Assembly: GCA_964016885.1 (NCBI GenBank)
Contig: OZ024740.1
Location: 130,634,001 to 130,698,000, forward strand
Direction of reading: 5' to 3'
Length of the DNA: 64,000 bases
Source of the DNA: Eledone cirrhosa
Lineage: Eukaryota
Shown: one piece after another, positions 25,463-38,420 of the stretch
Layout of the letters: the number at the start of each line of letters is the position of its first letter
How positions within the stretch are numbered: position 1 is the first letter of the stretch
The notes under the pieces: model-generated
Seen by the model: the letters and a program-made list of their open reading frames with translations, nothing else
What the model was told of the DNA's origin: nothing
The model's database searches: none
Program-made: the position numbers and the translations under genes

Positions 25463-27277
25463 ATATATATGTACATATACATATATACATAAAATTCGGG
25501 CAATAATCGATGTTCAGCCAATTAAATATAGAGACAGAGTATCGTGTATGTAAATAGAAAATAAAGAAATACATTTTTAATTCGATTTTGTTCACACATT
25601 TTCCAAACACTTATGTCTAAAATTAATTTGAATTGGTCCTTGAGTTCTAGATTAACTGGTTTAAAATCATTAAACGTATTGAGTTAAATGAAGTAATCTA
25701 AATTTCAAATATATTGGAAAGTATGGGAAATGAAATGAATATATCAAGTTTAAGATTACATAAACATATAATTTGTTATTTCATTACTATATTAATAATT
25801 CATCCATATATCATAACAATTTACAATACTGTTAAAACTTTCAAGTAGAATATTACATTAATATTAAGTCTAAAACAATATAAATATGCATGTGTACTCG
25901 ATTTGTGAGTGTATTTGTGTGTGACAAATATATTCATTGAGTTGTTCCAGGATGACAACGTCGGAAATTAGTGAAAGAAAAAAAGAGTCAAAGATTGGAT
26001 ATTCAAAGTGCATTATCACATCAGCCTGTATATATATTTGTCTGCGTAAATATGTGCACATGTGTGTGTAGCACGTCTGTATTTGGGCTTATATATGTGA
26101 TTGTCCATCTCCGTGCGATATTGTTCCATAATTATAGATATCAATAATTCGTGTCAAGAATAAGTATTATAGCTAGTTAATTATGACTACCGACAGAATT
26201 AAAATTTGTAATGTAAATTTTAATTTATTTATTAATAAAATAAAATTGCACTCCAAATATTATAATAAAGAAAATTGTTTGAAATTTTGAATTTTTAATC
26301 AATATAGGACATAATAGAAAAGGTAAGGTTGTGGGTTCTACACACTGTAAAACATGGTGAATGGATGTCATATATATTTTTATAAGTTTGATGTTATGTT
26401 ATAGAAATGCAATTGTCTTTGTGATAATGTTAATTGATTGCATTCCCAAATAATTATATTAGGATTGTGTGTGCTTTTACTATATAAAAAAATAATATAA
26501 AATACATAGTCGTATCGTATATACATTCATATACACCTATAAGATGAACCATGCTATGTTAGTGTTACATAAATATACTTATATATTTCATTGTGTATAT
26601 ATTAGATCAAGCAATGATGGAGGTGCTGTGTGTGGGCAGAAGTAGCAGTCACATATCACTCATACAAGATTCATTTCATAAGGAGATTAAGGACATGAAA
26701 AGTATAATGTTTATTCGAATGATACGGCATACTAAAACATAAAACTAGCTAAGAGCAGGTTTCTTGAGTCAGATGAATCAAAGTTGTATGAACAATGTTT
26801 CTCGAGATACACATATTATCATAAATGTACAGTTGAGACACTGAGTGTAAATTGACATCCATTACTGACACTAGCAGAAAAACCACCCTTGGGTGGTTTT
26901 CTGCTAGCATGTGTAGTGTGCATATTAATGTTATACGCAAGTATATATGCATGTAGATATGATACATCAAACAAAATCGTAATTAACAATATACACAGAA
27001 ATTGCGTTATGTAATCAGTAACGTAATCCATGATACAAAAAGACGATGTTATATATAAACTGCATTAGGATATAATTAGTGACGGAATTATATGAATGTT
27101 TATTTAAGCGATCGCTAACCGGAAGTGTTGACATTTAAAAATGTTAAAGAAGTGAATCTTAAAATAAGCAACACAATTAGTTATATTTAATCAAGAATAA
27201 CGACATTTAGTAGATACAATATGTAATATTCATTCATTATAAATTCAAAGTAATGAATGAATATTACATAATTTAAA

Positions 27278-27470
27278 AGGGTGGTGGATTGGCAGTATCG
27301 GTAGAGGGTCGGACGCCATGCTTTGACGCATAGAGTTACGGCCCTTGCCATTCTGAGTTAATATCCCGCCGAGGCTAACTTTGCCTTTCATCCATATGGA
27401 GTCGATAAAATAAAGTACCAGTAATACACTGGAAAATGTCTGGCCTTGTGCGAAAAGTAGAAACAATTAT
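27278..27470 (+). mobile_element. tRNA-head SINE
   Basis: Same family as 24736. Confidence 0.88.
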
Positions 27471-27734
27471 TAATTCAAAGTAATCCAACTAATTTTACAC
27501 ACGGGATTAAAAAATATATTGTGGACGCTGTCCCGCAATCCTTACTTTATTATAGTTAAGATGCAAATTTTGTCCCAACAGTAAGAGTCCTATTTTCTCA
27601 GGTATGAAGTGTTAACGCTGTTCCGCGTTGGTAATGATGCTGGGTGCAAGTACATATTTGTTTCAACATGATTTGTTGAGTGTGTCTTGAGTTATTGCTA
27701 TTTATGTACAGGCGTATTTAAAACCCACGTTACG

Positions 27735-27900
27735 TTTGCTATGCAAGAAAGTATCGAACAACGGTACGCGATAAAATTTTATCTGGAACTCAACGAATCT
27801 TACATCCAAATGTTTATTTCTTTTACAAAAGTTTATCAATATGCCGCTCTATCAAGTGATAATTTTTGAAGAAACACAAAGCTTTCAAAAGAGGGCCGAG
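27735..27900 (+). pseudogene. Mariner transposase N-terminal relic
   Basis: EQRYAIKF..L.....Y..AALS; HKAFKRG in the next frame. Confidence 0.65.
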
Positions 27901-27959
27901 AAGATTATATATCCCTGTAGTAATTGTCCAGTCACTTATTAATATGCACATACTTAGTT

Positions 27960-28017
<58 letters not shown>

Positions 28018-28021
<4 letters not shown>

Positions 28022-30710
28022 GGAAAATTTGAACAGGAACAAAACAGAGAGGCAGTACAACGAATGTTTATTAATTTCACGCTCTTGAGAGTGTGGTGGT
28101 GGTGGTGGGGAACGACGTTTCAGGTTCTTCAGGTGAAAAGTGTGTGGGAAGAGAGTTCAAAGGGTGTGTAGGGGAGTGGTGGAGAGACATATGGCGAAAA
28201 GGTGGTGGGAGGAAACGGTGCGAATGAAATTAAAAATAAAAGCATGAGCAATATAAAATTAAAATGGGGTAAAACAGGTGGTGGAAGGATGTTGGGCGTG
28301 TAGGGGTGGTGGCGGGTGGAGTGGAGAGATGAAGACGGGGTGTCCGAGCGGGGGGGGGGGTGAAGGTGATGTGTGTGTGTAGCTGTACGTGTGTGTGTAT
28401 GTGAAAGCATGGGTTGGGGGAAGAACGGCGTTGCATGTTCAGGAAGAGGTGTGTGTGGGGTGGTGTGTAGGTCGGAGTGTGTGTGCGTGTGTGGATAGAG
28501 GGGTGGGGGGAGAGTAATCCGCATGCTGAATGTGTAAATATGTGGTGGAACGCACGTGTGTGTGGGGTTTAAGCGTGTTGTGGGTGTAGGTGGCGTGTGG
28601 GAAAAAAACTTTTGTTTGTGGTGTGTGTGTGAGTCAAAAAGGTGATTCCGTAAGAAGATGTTGTGGAATGGTTGGTAACATCCTAGGATGGTAGTTGATT
28701 CCGCGGTCAAATTCCACATACGAGTAATCCGTGAAGAGATGGTCGAAAGTGGGGAGATGTGGGGTGCGCGCGCAACAGGAAGTGGTCAATAGCAGTAGGA
28801 GTGCTGTGTGTCTCTGTATGCTGGGAGGTGGTCAGAGGGCATAGCAGTAGTAGGGTGGTATGGTAAAGGGGCGAGGATGGGTAGGTGTGAAAGTTGGAGT
28901 GAGGAGGGGGTGTGTGGGTATTAGTAGAGGTGTTAGTGGGATGAGTGAGTGTTTGAGAAAGGGTGTGGGTGGAGCGGGGAGAGAAGGGTGTGGGGGTTGA
29001 TGGAGGGAGTGTGGTGTACTGGTGTGTGTGTAGTTTGATGAAGGGGGTGTTAGTGGGTGTTAGTATACGGGAGGTGGAGAAAGGGTTGAATGCGGGTGTG
29101 AGTGGGGGTTAGTAGTGGTAGGGTGTGTAGAGTTGGTGGTGTAAGAGGGTGTGTGTGTACGTGTGCGTGGGGTTGGGGGGTGTTAGTGATGTTAGTTGCG
29201 TGTAGGGTGGGTGGTGTAAATGGGTGCGTGTGTTCGTGTGCTTGGGGTCAGGGGCTGTTAGTGACGTTAGTTGCGCGGTGGTGGGGTGGATGTGTGGGGG
29301 TGAGGCTTAGTGGTGGTAGTAGGGTGTGTGTTTAGTGTGAGCGCGTGTATATATGTGCCGGTGGGTGTGTGCGTGTGATAAGGAGGGGGAGGATAAGAAG
29401 GTAGGGATGTTAGTATGTTAGTTGGGGAAGGGTGGTCGGATGAGGGGTGGAGTGGAGGTGTTAGTATTGTTAGTTGTGGGGTGGGCGGTGAAAAGGAGGG
29501 GTGTGTTAGTGGCCTTAGTGGGGGTTATATGTGGGAGGAGGTGGGCGGTCGAAGGCTAAAGGAATAAGGGTGAGGAGTACAGGCCGGGGGTAGTGTGGGT
29601 CTGTAAGATGAAGATGGTTCTTTGTTCAACTCTGAGGAGATTGGCGGGTGTTCCGTTGCATTGGAGTAGGCCACAGACTGTGAGATGGCGTGCGGAATGT
29701 CCAGGGGCACCAGAGTGGCGGGCGATGGGGGAACTACCACCGAGACGAATATCCCGGAGGTGCTCAGTGAATCTGTCTGCCAGGCGACGGCTCGTCTGTC
29801 CGACGTAAGTCGAAATCCGTAGACTAAGTTGGAGGACGTGCCACGGAAGGCATGCCGGACAGAGAGAGAGTGGCCGTTGGGACCGTGGAAGGTGGTGGTG
29901 TTGGTGATGTGGGGACAGGTGTTGTAGCGGGGCCTAGAACAGGGAAGGAAACCGGTGTGGAAATAGAGCGTGGTTTGGGGGGTAGGGATCTGTGAAGGAG
30001 TAGGGTGCGGAGATTGCGTGCGAGTTTGAAGGAGGGGAGTGGTGGGGTTGGGAAGATGTGGGAGGTGGAGGGGTCGGACTGGAGGCGTCGGAAGAGGCGG
30101 CGGATGGTGCGGTGGAGGGGTAAGGTGGTTGGGTGGTAGGTGATGGGAAAGGGGCGACGGTGGGTGGGTGTGCGGTGGCGTCGGGTGAGTGTGGTGGAGC
30201 GGTGGACAGCACGGGCGCGGGTGAGAGCGGTGTGGACGAGAAGGGGGGGGGGGGGGGAAACCTCTGCGGATGAAGTGGCTAACTAGGGAAAGGGCCTGGG
30301 ACTCGAGGTCAGCATCTCGGCTATAGAGGCGGCGGATCCTGAGGATTTGGGAGTAGGGAATAGAGTGTTTAGTGTGTGTGGGATGGGAAGAGGTGAAGTC
30401 GAGGTAAGAGTGGGAGTCGGTGGGTTTGAAGAAGGCGGAGGGGACGAGGGAGTGGTGGGAGGGGTCGAAGGCGACGGAGATGTCTAAGAAGTGGACGTGG
30501 GTGGTGGAGATAGAGGTGTTGAAGTGGAGGGAGGGGTGGAAGGAGCAGAAGAAGGAGAGAAAGGTGTCGAGCTGTTCTCGGGAGAGGGTCGTGGCTCCGA
30601 TACAGTCGTCGATGTAACGAGCGTACAGTTCGGGCGTGGGGCCGGTGTACTGGGCAAAGATTTGGGCCTCAACATGGCCAACAAAAAGATTGGCATAGTT
30701 CGGGCCCAAT
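28018..30710 (-). mobile_element. 5'-truncated Neptune-type PLE (RT C-half + GIY-YIG, frameshifted) with ~1.5 kb C/A-rich 3' UTR
   Basis: MGPNYANLFVG, RYIDD, HFLDI, KPTDSHSYLDFTSSHP, SIPYSQ; both ends in (TA)n. Confidence 0.9.
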
Positions 30711-30767
30711 ATATATACATATATCTATATATATATATATATAAACATATATATATATATACATGTA

Positions 30768-30887
30768 CATAGGAAAAAGTATGACGCCGACGGCAGAGCT
30801 CAAGCCGTTTCGAGGGCTATTTCTGCGTCCAGAAATACCCGTCGAAACGGCATTAGCTCTGCCGTCGGGGTCATAATTTTCCTATCT
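30768..30887. repeat. GC-rich ~120-nt fold-back hairpin
   Basis: ataggaaaa..atgacgccgacggcagagct..gccgtttcga..tatttctg / cagaaata..tcgaaacggc..agctctgccgtcgg..gtcata..ttttcctat. Confidence 0.85.
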
Positions 30888-30962
30888 CCAACTCTACTAC
30901 CCTAATTATTGAGTATTCTGGTGGTTTATGGTCCATCTGGTTCCTTACCACAATTCCTTTGT

Positions 30963-31060
<98 letters not shown>

Positions 31061-31497
31061 TATATGTATGTATATATATATATTTTCTGTCGTGGGTGTA
31101 AGTCTGTTTGTAGGTGTATATACATATGTTACTATATGTATTCACACGTTTGGCGTTAGCAAGAATACTCTATTCAAACTGGACGAAATTAGAAGCACAT
31201 AGTTTCGTATGGTGATGTAGCTCAATGCATATTAATCGATACCGTATGCGCTGTGAAGTGAAACAATCTGGTATAAATATGAAATTAAGTTTCGTATATT
31301 ATCCTTCTTAGCACAAATTATATCGGGGTATATTCTCATGAAAATCGTCCACACATTAGCTACATCATTTTTTTTTTCGTTTCCCACCTGATGTAAATAT
31401 TTCGATCCAATCTAAACGAAAGAACCTCTTTTTGCATTTCTCCTTATCTGATAATATTTTTAGTTCTCAGATACATCGTCATTATTTGTTATTCTGT

Positions 31498-31682
31498 TGG
31501 ATTGGCAGTATCGGTAGAGGGTCGGACGCCATGCTTTGAAGCATAGAGTTACCTCCCTGTATGATCTGAGTTCAAATCCCGCCGAAGTTAACTTTACCTT
31601 TCATCCTTACGGGGTCGATAAAATATAGTACCAGTAATGCACTGGTGATTTGCTGGCCTTGTGCCAAAGTAGAAACAATTAT
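31498..31682 (+). mobile_element. tRNA-head SINE
   Basis: Same family as 24736. Confidence 0.88.
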
Positions 31683-31825
31683 TTGTTATTCTGTTTTGTT
31701 AGATGTTATACTTACAAGTAAATATATGTGAAGTGCATGTAAAGATAGCAGAATATTGATAATTTACAAGAAATCTTTACGTGCCTGCCTCCGCCCCCCA
31801 CAAAAAAACACACACACACTATCCC

Positions 31826-31869
<44 letters not shown>

Positions 31870-32005
31870 GCTGTTTACCGACACCAAGTATACAGTTTAG
31901 AGCAATCGACGAAGTGCGCAGGTTTGTTTGTTTACTCGGGAGTAATGTAAGATAATTAAGTCAAATACGTAGAATTTTACTACGTTTATTATAAATTATA
32001 GATAT

Positions 32006-32060
32006 ACTGCTATATATATTTCGGTGACAGCCATCGTTGGCTGTGACCTCTTCGGGCAGT
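32006..32060 (-). ncRNA. Type I hammerhead, same family as 24256 (CCGAAGA variant)
   Basis: Minus strand: actgc-CCGAAGA-ggtcacagcc-aacgat-ggctgtcacc-GAAA-tatata-TA-gcagt. Confidence 0.8.
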
Positions 32061-32376
32061 CTGAATTGAGTAGTCTGGTGCGTTATGGTCCACCTGGTTC
32101 CTTAGCACACTTCCTGCCACTACAAGAATTGAAGATTCAAGACCTTAGCGGTATGTCGTATATCCAATGTCTTACATATTTTATCTAACGAAAACTTACT
32201 GAACCTGTCCCTTTGAAATATGTATAATACAATATATACTTTGGTTATGATAATATTTCTCATTTATTAATATTTTGAATAATATTATATATATATATGT
32301 ATATATAAATATGATATGTTGATATAAAACTGCACTATCCACAAGTGTTTTTTAGCCTTCATATCATGTTCTCCTG

Positions 32377-32443
32377 TTTTATCTGATGAAAACACAAATA
32401 TTATTGCATGATGATGTTTGTTTTTGAAATGCGCATAATAAAA
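32377..32443 (+). ncRNA. Type I hammerhead
   Basis: ttttat-CTGATGA-aaacacaaata...tgtttgttttt-GAAA-tgcgca-TA-ataaaa. Confidence 0.75.
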
Positions 32444-32480
32444 TACATGGAACTCCTTTAACCATCTTTTGATCTTATAT

Positions 32481-32544
<64 letters not shown>

Positions 32545-32584
32545 TAACATTTAAAAGTGTATATACATATAAACTAGACAGAGC

Positions 32585-32662
<78 letters not shown>

Positions 32663-32792
32663 TTTGGCAACCATTCACGGTGTCGCTTAATGAAGAATTA
32701 ATTAAATAATTAACAATCAGAGCAATATATAAAAACATAAGTCCATAGAATCATTAGATAAAATATATATAAATCTTTTTCAAATTGAGTTT

Positions 32793-32874
32793 ATCTCCTG
32801 ACGATTTCCAAACTCGTTGATTTAATCAAGATCGGATATATCCCAAAAGTGAATGAAACTTCCGTAGTAGAGAT
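32793..32874 (+). ncRNA. Possible hammerhead with ~50-nt stem II
   Basis: atctc-CTGACGA-tttc...gaat-GAAA-cttccg-TA-gtagagat; stems imperfect. Confidence 0.45.
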
Positions 32875-33163
32875 ACATTTTTCTGATGTTGGCATATGTA
32901 GTATAATTTTTCTTCTAACTTTCATTTTGAACCTAATTATGTATGGTTAACTATATATCTAGTCAATTTCTACAGGCTATCAAAAATACTAGGTAACTTT
33001 TGTGTGGCTGTGAATCGCGGATAAAAAGCTATCATTTATTTATCTATTATTTCTTCATAAGTATACTTTAAACTTATCGTTTAAATTATTTTTTGTGTGG
33101 TTGACTTATGCTGATTTGGAGAAGAAATAGTGTATATATATTTTATCTAATGATTCTATGGAC

Positions 33164-33226
<63 letters not shown>

Positions 33227-34499
33227 TAGATATATATATAATATTAAAGTTACTATTTATAGTTATGTATATACTAAACTATATATAACTATCAACACGG
33301 AAGGTCAGTAATTTATTACTAGCTTATTACCAGTAAGAGAAATAGCTCAATTTAAGAACATCAGTTGTTTTACATAGCAGTAATATAGATTACACAAGTA
33401 TCAAAGTAATGTTTAAAACATTTATTCCCTGATAATTTTTTCTTCCAAACTTAAGCTTGGTGTCCTCGGAGCATTATTAATGTTTGTACATATAATTAAC
33501 CTCCTATTCAACTGAAGCATCATACCGATACATATATATTGATGTTGTGGACAAGAGTTTCATGTTTACAGGGTGGAATGGATGCGAGATATATTATACG
33601 ATAATTGTACAATAATTCATATTAAGATTAAAATTAAAATTTAAAATTAAAATTAAAATTAAATCATAAGGTGTAATACATGCGACAGATAATACAAGAG
33701 AATAGTCTAATAATGAAATCAAACAGATAGTACATGCGTTAATCATATATAAAGGAATGGAACAAGCAAATATGTCATGCATATATGAGTACTGTATGGC
33801 AAGGTATTACATGAAATACAGGCACTTTAAGCGAGTATGTTAGTGTGTTATGGTGGGTGCAATGAGATGATATTTTCTGTATAGTTCAAATTTGTGTGTG
33901 TGTATAATATGAAAGTTACAGATTTCACATCTATTACATATGTTAAGTTATTAAGGTATTGAATGTTTGTTGTAACGCCATTTCATATTTAAATGTTTAT
34001 GCTTCGAGATATATATGTATATAATTGCTTAAAATATTATTAAAAATGAAGATGAATTGATATATCTACTCCAAAGTGTGTATATTTTCTAAATTCTGAT
34101 GACACAGGAAATATATTCCAACGACCGTAGATAAAATATAAATAACATTACTGCATTTTTCAAACAGCCATGTACGAAATGATAACCAGCAAGGTTACTT
34201 AAGATTACTCCATATTTACTATAATATATCTCATAAAATTAACCCAGAAATTGTAAATGGTAAATTACATTCATCATGAAAATAGAGGTGATAAGAAAAG
34301 TAACAGGACTTAATAAACTGTGTGAACTATGTTTAGTGTAGGGTCGACCACATTGTGGCACCGTGTGCCCTCATCTTAGGAAGAACATAACTATGATTCC
34401 AGCTCTCTGCAGCAATTGTATATTCATTCTTGGGCTTTTGTTAACAGCTCCTCAATTTGAAGCTGTCAATCGATAGTCACAAATCAATGAACATTTTTA

Positions 34500-35360
34500 T
34501 TGTCTGTCTGGAATAACCGAGGTCTCATGCACTGGGAATACTGCAACCGGTGTACATAGATGAGACAATGTTGTGCTCACAACAGAAATGGTTTAAATAT
34601 GGAAGCGAGGACTTGGAAGATAATTACCAGGAGAGAAGGCTTATCAACGAGCAGAATTGGGGCTAAAGTTGAACGCTTTAGACAGCTGATACATGGTGAT
34701 CGTCAGTTGACAGTTGGACGGATCGCAAGTGCACTGAGCAGGAACCACGACAGGAAGATCGTTACCGAAGATTTTGAAATGCGGAAGATCTTTGTGAAAA
34801 CGGTTCCTAAGCTGCTGAACGATGAAGAGAAGAAGCAGCGAATTATGGTATGTCGTGCGTCGTGAAACTAAAGTAGACTAGCTGGGGGGAATTATCAACG
34901 GCGATGAGTCATGGATCTTCTAGCCTGAAGCAATGAAGAATCACCTGAGTTTTTAATGGATGAGCCCGGAATCACCGAGGCCGAAGCAGGGTAAACACTC
35001 GAAGTCTAATGTCAAACTTATGTTGATAGCTTTCTTCGCTGTGATAAGTATCGTCCATAGGGTTATTGTCAAAGAGTCATATGATCCACCAACCTGTCTA
35101 CAATGATTGTCGCGTGTGCTTCCTTTAGTGCGCGGGGGAGGATTTGTGGCAGGATAACTCGTATCTGAATCACAACACCACGCCCTCTCACAAGGGCGAG
35201 AAGACCATAACCGTGCTGGAGCAGCCTCCCTACTAATCCAACCTTCTTATAAGACTCGAGGAATATTTCGAAGGGAAATCTTACCGTCTGCTGTTTCGAT
35301 TTGAATCTTTTTTTATTTTTTTGTGTAACTCAATTCTGTTTCTTTTTTACTCCCCTCGTA
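34500..35360 (+). pseudogene. Degenerate mariner transposase
   Basis: DRQLTV..IA, MRKI..K.VPKLL, GDESWI, K.MLIAFF, LEQPPY; many disruptions. Confidence 0.85.
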
Positions 35361-36964
35361 TGAAACCTTTGTGCTATGGCATCTTCATCAAATGCAAGAC
35401 AATTACAATTAAATTTAGTACGTAGCAATAATTGCTTTCATTAAATATCCTTTACTAGACAAGCTTCCTATCATGATGTATTTTAATGTATGTGATTTTG
35501 ACTTTTCTCAGGGGGAATGTAATATTTAATTTGTAATAATGAAATATTTACATATAGAGCTATTTTAATGGACACACTATGTTTGCTCGATAACATAACA
35601 CAACTATATTGGCTATGTCTTATTAATTGACTTTAATTCCTGTCTGGAAATACAAATGGTAACAATACTACTCCCAATGATTTATAGATTTTATCATATC
35701 CTGTAAGTAAAGAATTAGGTGTATGTTTTCATTTAATTATATATAAAGTCATTAGTTGCTAATATGATAAACAAAACCCATGGACGTGAAAAATCTTTAA
35801 ATTGTTTAGATATATAGCTAAACTGTAATAAATGTCAATTGATTGTAGATTATATTACTTAATAATGTATACCCATAACAAAAATTGTATTTTCACCCGT
35901 TCTCCTTTGTGTACACTTCAAAACTAATAATAATGAAATGTGAGCTCATGGAACACAATACGTTTATAGATACGCACTTGTGTCTTATTGCTTAAATATA
36001 GGAAGATTTATATGAATTTCAGATCGAATACATTTCTAAAATGTAGAAGCGCTCATTAATAACGCAGATTTTCACTATATTTATAATTAAGACAGTTGGT
36101 ACACCATCAAAATATGATTATCACATCTGTTAGAAGGGAGCAAATAGGAAATTAATATTTTCCCACCAATTGATTATATTGCTGATTAATTTTTTGAACA
36201 TATATGATTAATGTAAATAGGATATTGGACTGTAGTGTTCAAACAATATTTACGGCAACACGCTCACTAAACCCTATAAATAAATAAATATTTACAAATG
36301 CAATTTGATAAATAGCGCTGAATGTTTCCGAAATAATTATTAACATATTCATATAAAGGTTACCACACATATAGTTTAGGGGCAAATACCGTAATTACTT
36401 GAATTAATGTGAATTCTTTGAAAGAATGAACAATTATGATAACTTGTATATAAACTTCTCATCGACTGTGCAGGCGTAACTACACTAGTGAATGGAATTT
36501 ATTTCTTCATAATCATCAACGTTTCCCTGTTCATACTTCCACGTTCAGAGGTATCTTTATGGGCCGATTTAGCATATGTGTGTAAATAGATGAGTGGTGT
36601 GTGGGTGATGAGATTGTAAATATAGGTTTGAATGACACGCCTAACACACGTGATACTAGAAGGTTTTGTGTATTTGATGAAATCAATATATAACGAATGG
36701 CATATACATAATGTGTGCACTAAATTTCAGTGAAATGATGTGTGCTGTGCCCGAAATCATCCAGAACTGAAAGAACCGAGAAAATATTAACTCCCCCGCC
36801 GTAATATATATATATACATACCTATACAAGTAATATATACATACAAAGTAATATATACATACAATGTAATATATACATACCTATACAAGTAAGTAATGGT
36901 ATAAACATAAAATATATTTAGCTACTAGATCAAGACGTAAATTATCAACGTATTGTTCGTACTA

Positions 36965-37930
36965 TCAGTTATTGTTTAATGTGGGGTTATAATACAGGAA
37001 AGTTTTATGCAATTTATGTTTACAAGCCGAAATCTGCTCAGATTTTTTGTTTAAGATGGGGTCATTGGCGTAGAGTATGTCCAGGGCTTCAGCGGTGCAG
37101 AGGTCACATTGCCTTTTATTTCCGTTATACGAACAAGCCCTAACTAGGATCTCCCAGTGTAACCTATATTGGATGCGGTTGTCTATTAGACTCCAGATAT
37201 AAGTTGAAAGTGACGTCATATTCCTTTTTAAAAGATCAAGAAATGAATGGGTGTGCATGTAAAGACGCTGCTTGAATCTATTGGCGGTTAACCCTATGTA
37301 GGCCATACAAGACGTGGGTGTTTCAACCTTACATTTGTAGACAAGGTTACTGGAGAGGTATTTCCCGGATAGGGGGCAGTCAACCCGATTCCTACAATGA
37401 CAGTTAGTCCTAGAATCAGGGGTGCAGGTGTTCCTACGGCTAGTTAATTGAGCTAAATTTGAAACAGTGGTGTTATGTGCAAGGTTAGGAGACGTAGAAT
37501 AAGAAATGTTAATGGTCTTTCTATTAAAATGTTTATTATATCTATGTGCTGGTGGGAAATGCTTCTTAATAAGGGAGAGAAAGATCTTAGCTAATGGTGT
37601 GGCCACCTCCATATTATATGGTGGGTTATACCATATAATGCTTCGGGATCTACTTTTCCTAGATATATGCTCATACTCGGTATATGCTACATTATCGATA
37701 AATCCACTCCAACAAAGAGCTTCATTGTAATGTGTGCAATGGTCGGTGAAAATATGGTCGTTTGTAGATAGAGGGGAAAGCCTAAAAGAAACGTTTCTTA
37801 CCAGGTTCTTGGTTATGCTGGCAGGACGATTAAAATGCTTACTTATGCAATTAAGCGTATCATTCGGCTTTTTATACGGGTAGTGGAAGCCATTCGACAA
37901 ACTGAAGGTAACGTCAAGGTAATTGACGTC
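36965..37930 (-). mobile_element. 5'-truncated Naiad-type PLE (RT end + GIY-YIG, 311 aa open)
   Basis: PYKKPND, IIWYNPPY, KKHFP, CHCRNRVDCPL, LVYKC..YIGLT, CDLC, CKH. Confidence 0.87.
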
Positions 37931-38028
37931 GAGAGCTCTGCCTCATTGCGTTCACAGATTGATTTTTTTAGTTTCATAAGATTCCGTTAAGGGTGAAAGC
38001 AGCGATTGTTTGCTTAAACTTTAATCTG

Positions 38029-38061
<33 letters not shown>

Positions 38062-38110
38062 ATGATATTATGGGTGTTTCTATATTTATAACACAAACTT
38101 TGTATTGTAT

Positions 38111-38170
38111 TTTATCTGAAGAAAGCGTACCAAAGTGTTTTGGTAACCTTGAAATATATATTCTAAATTA
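38111..38170 (+). ncRNA. Degenerate hammerhead
   Basis: tttat-CTGAAGA-aag..taccaaa-gtgt-tttggta..ctt-GAAA-tatata-TT; stem I mismatched. Confidence 0.5.
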
Positions 38171-38330
38171 AATATGGTTTTATAAATATAGTTTCCATTT
38201 ATTTAATATCATTGAATATTTACTCCAGGAAATACTGTTGAGTGATTTAAATCAGTTATAAACATTTATATTTATATTTGTCGGATTTCCAACTAATTAA
38301 ATACCCCTACTTCTTATATGTATATCTATA

Positions 38331-38417
<87 letters not shown>

Positions 38418-38420
<3 letters not shown>

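Noticed and set aside
26600-26745. Short open frame after an AG
   Set aside because: ~45 codons, no motif, no linked exons
34090-34120. CTGATGA-cacag-GAAA hammerhead core
   Set aside because: No stem I complement
36800-36900. Short ~20-bp tandem repeats (CRISPR-like?)
   Set aside because: No unique spacers; eukaryotic minisatellite in a PLE 3' UTR
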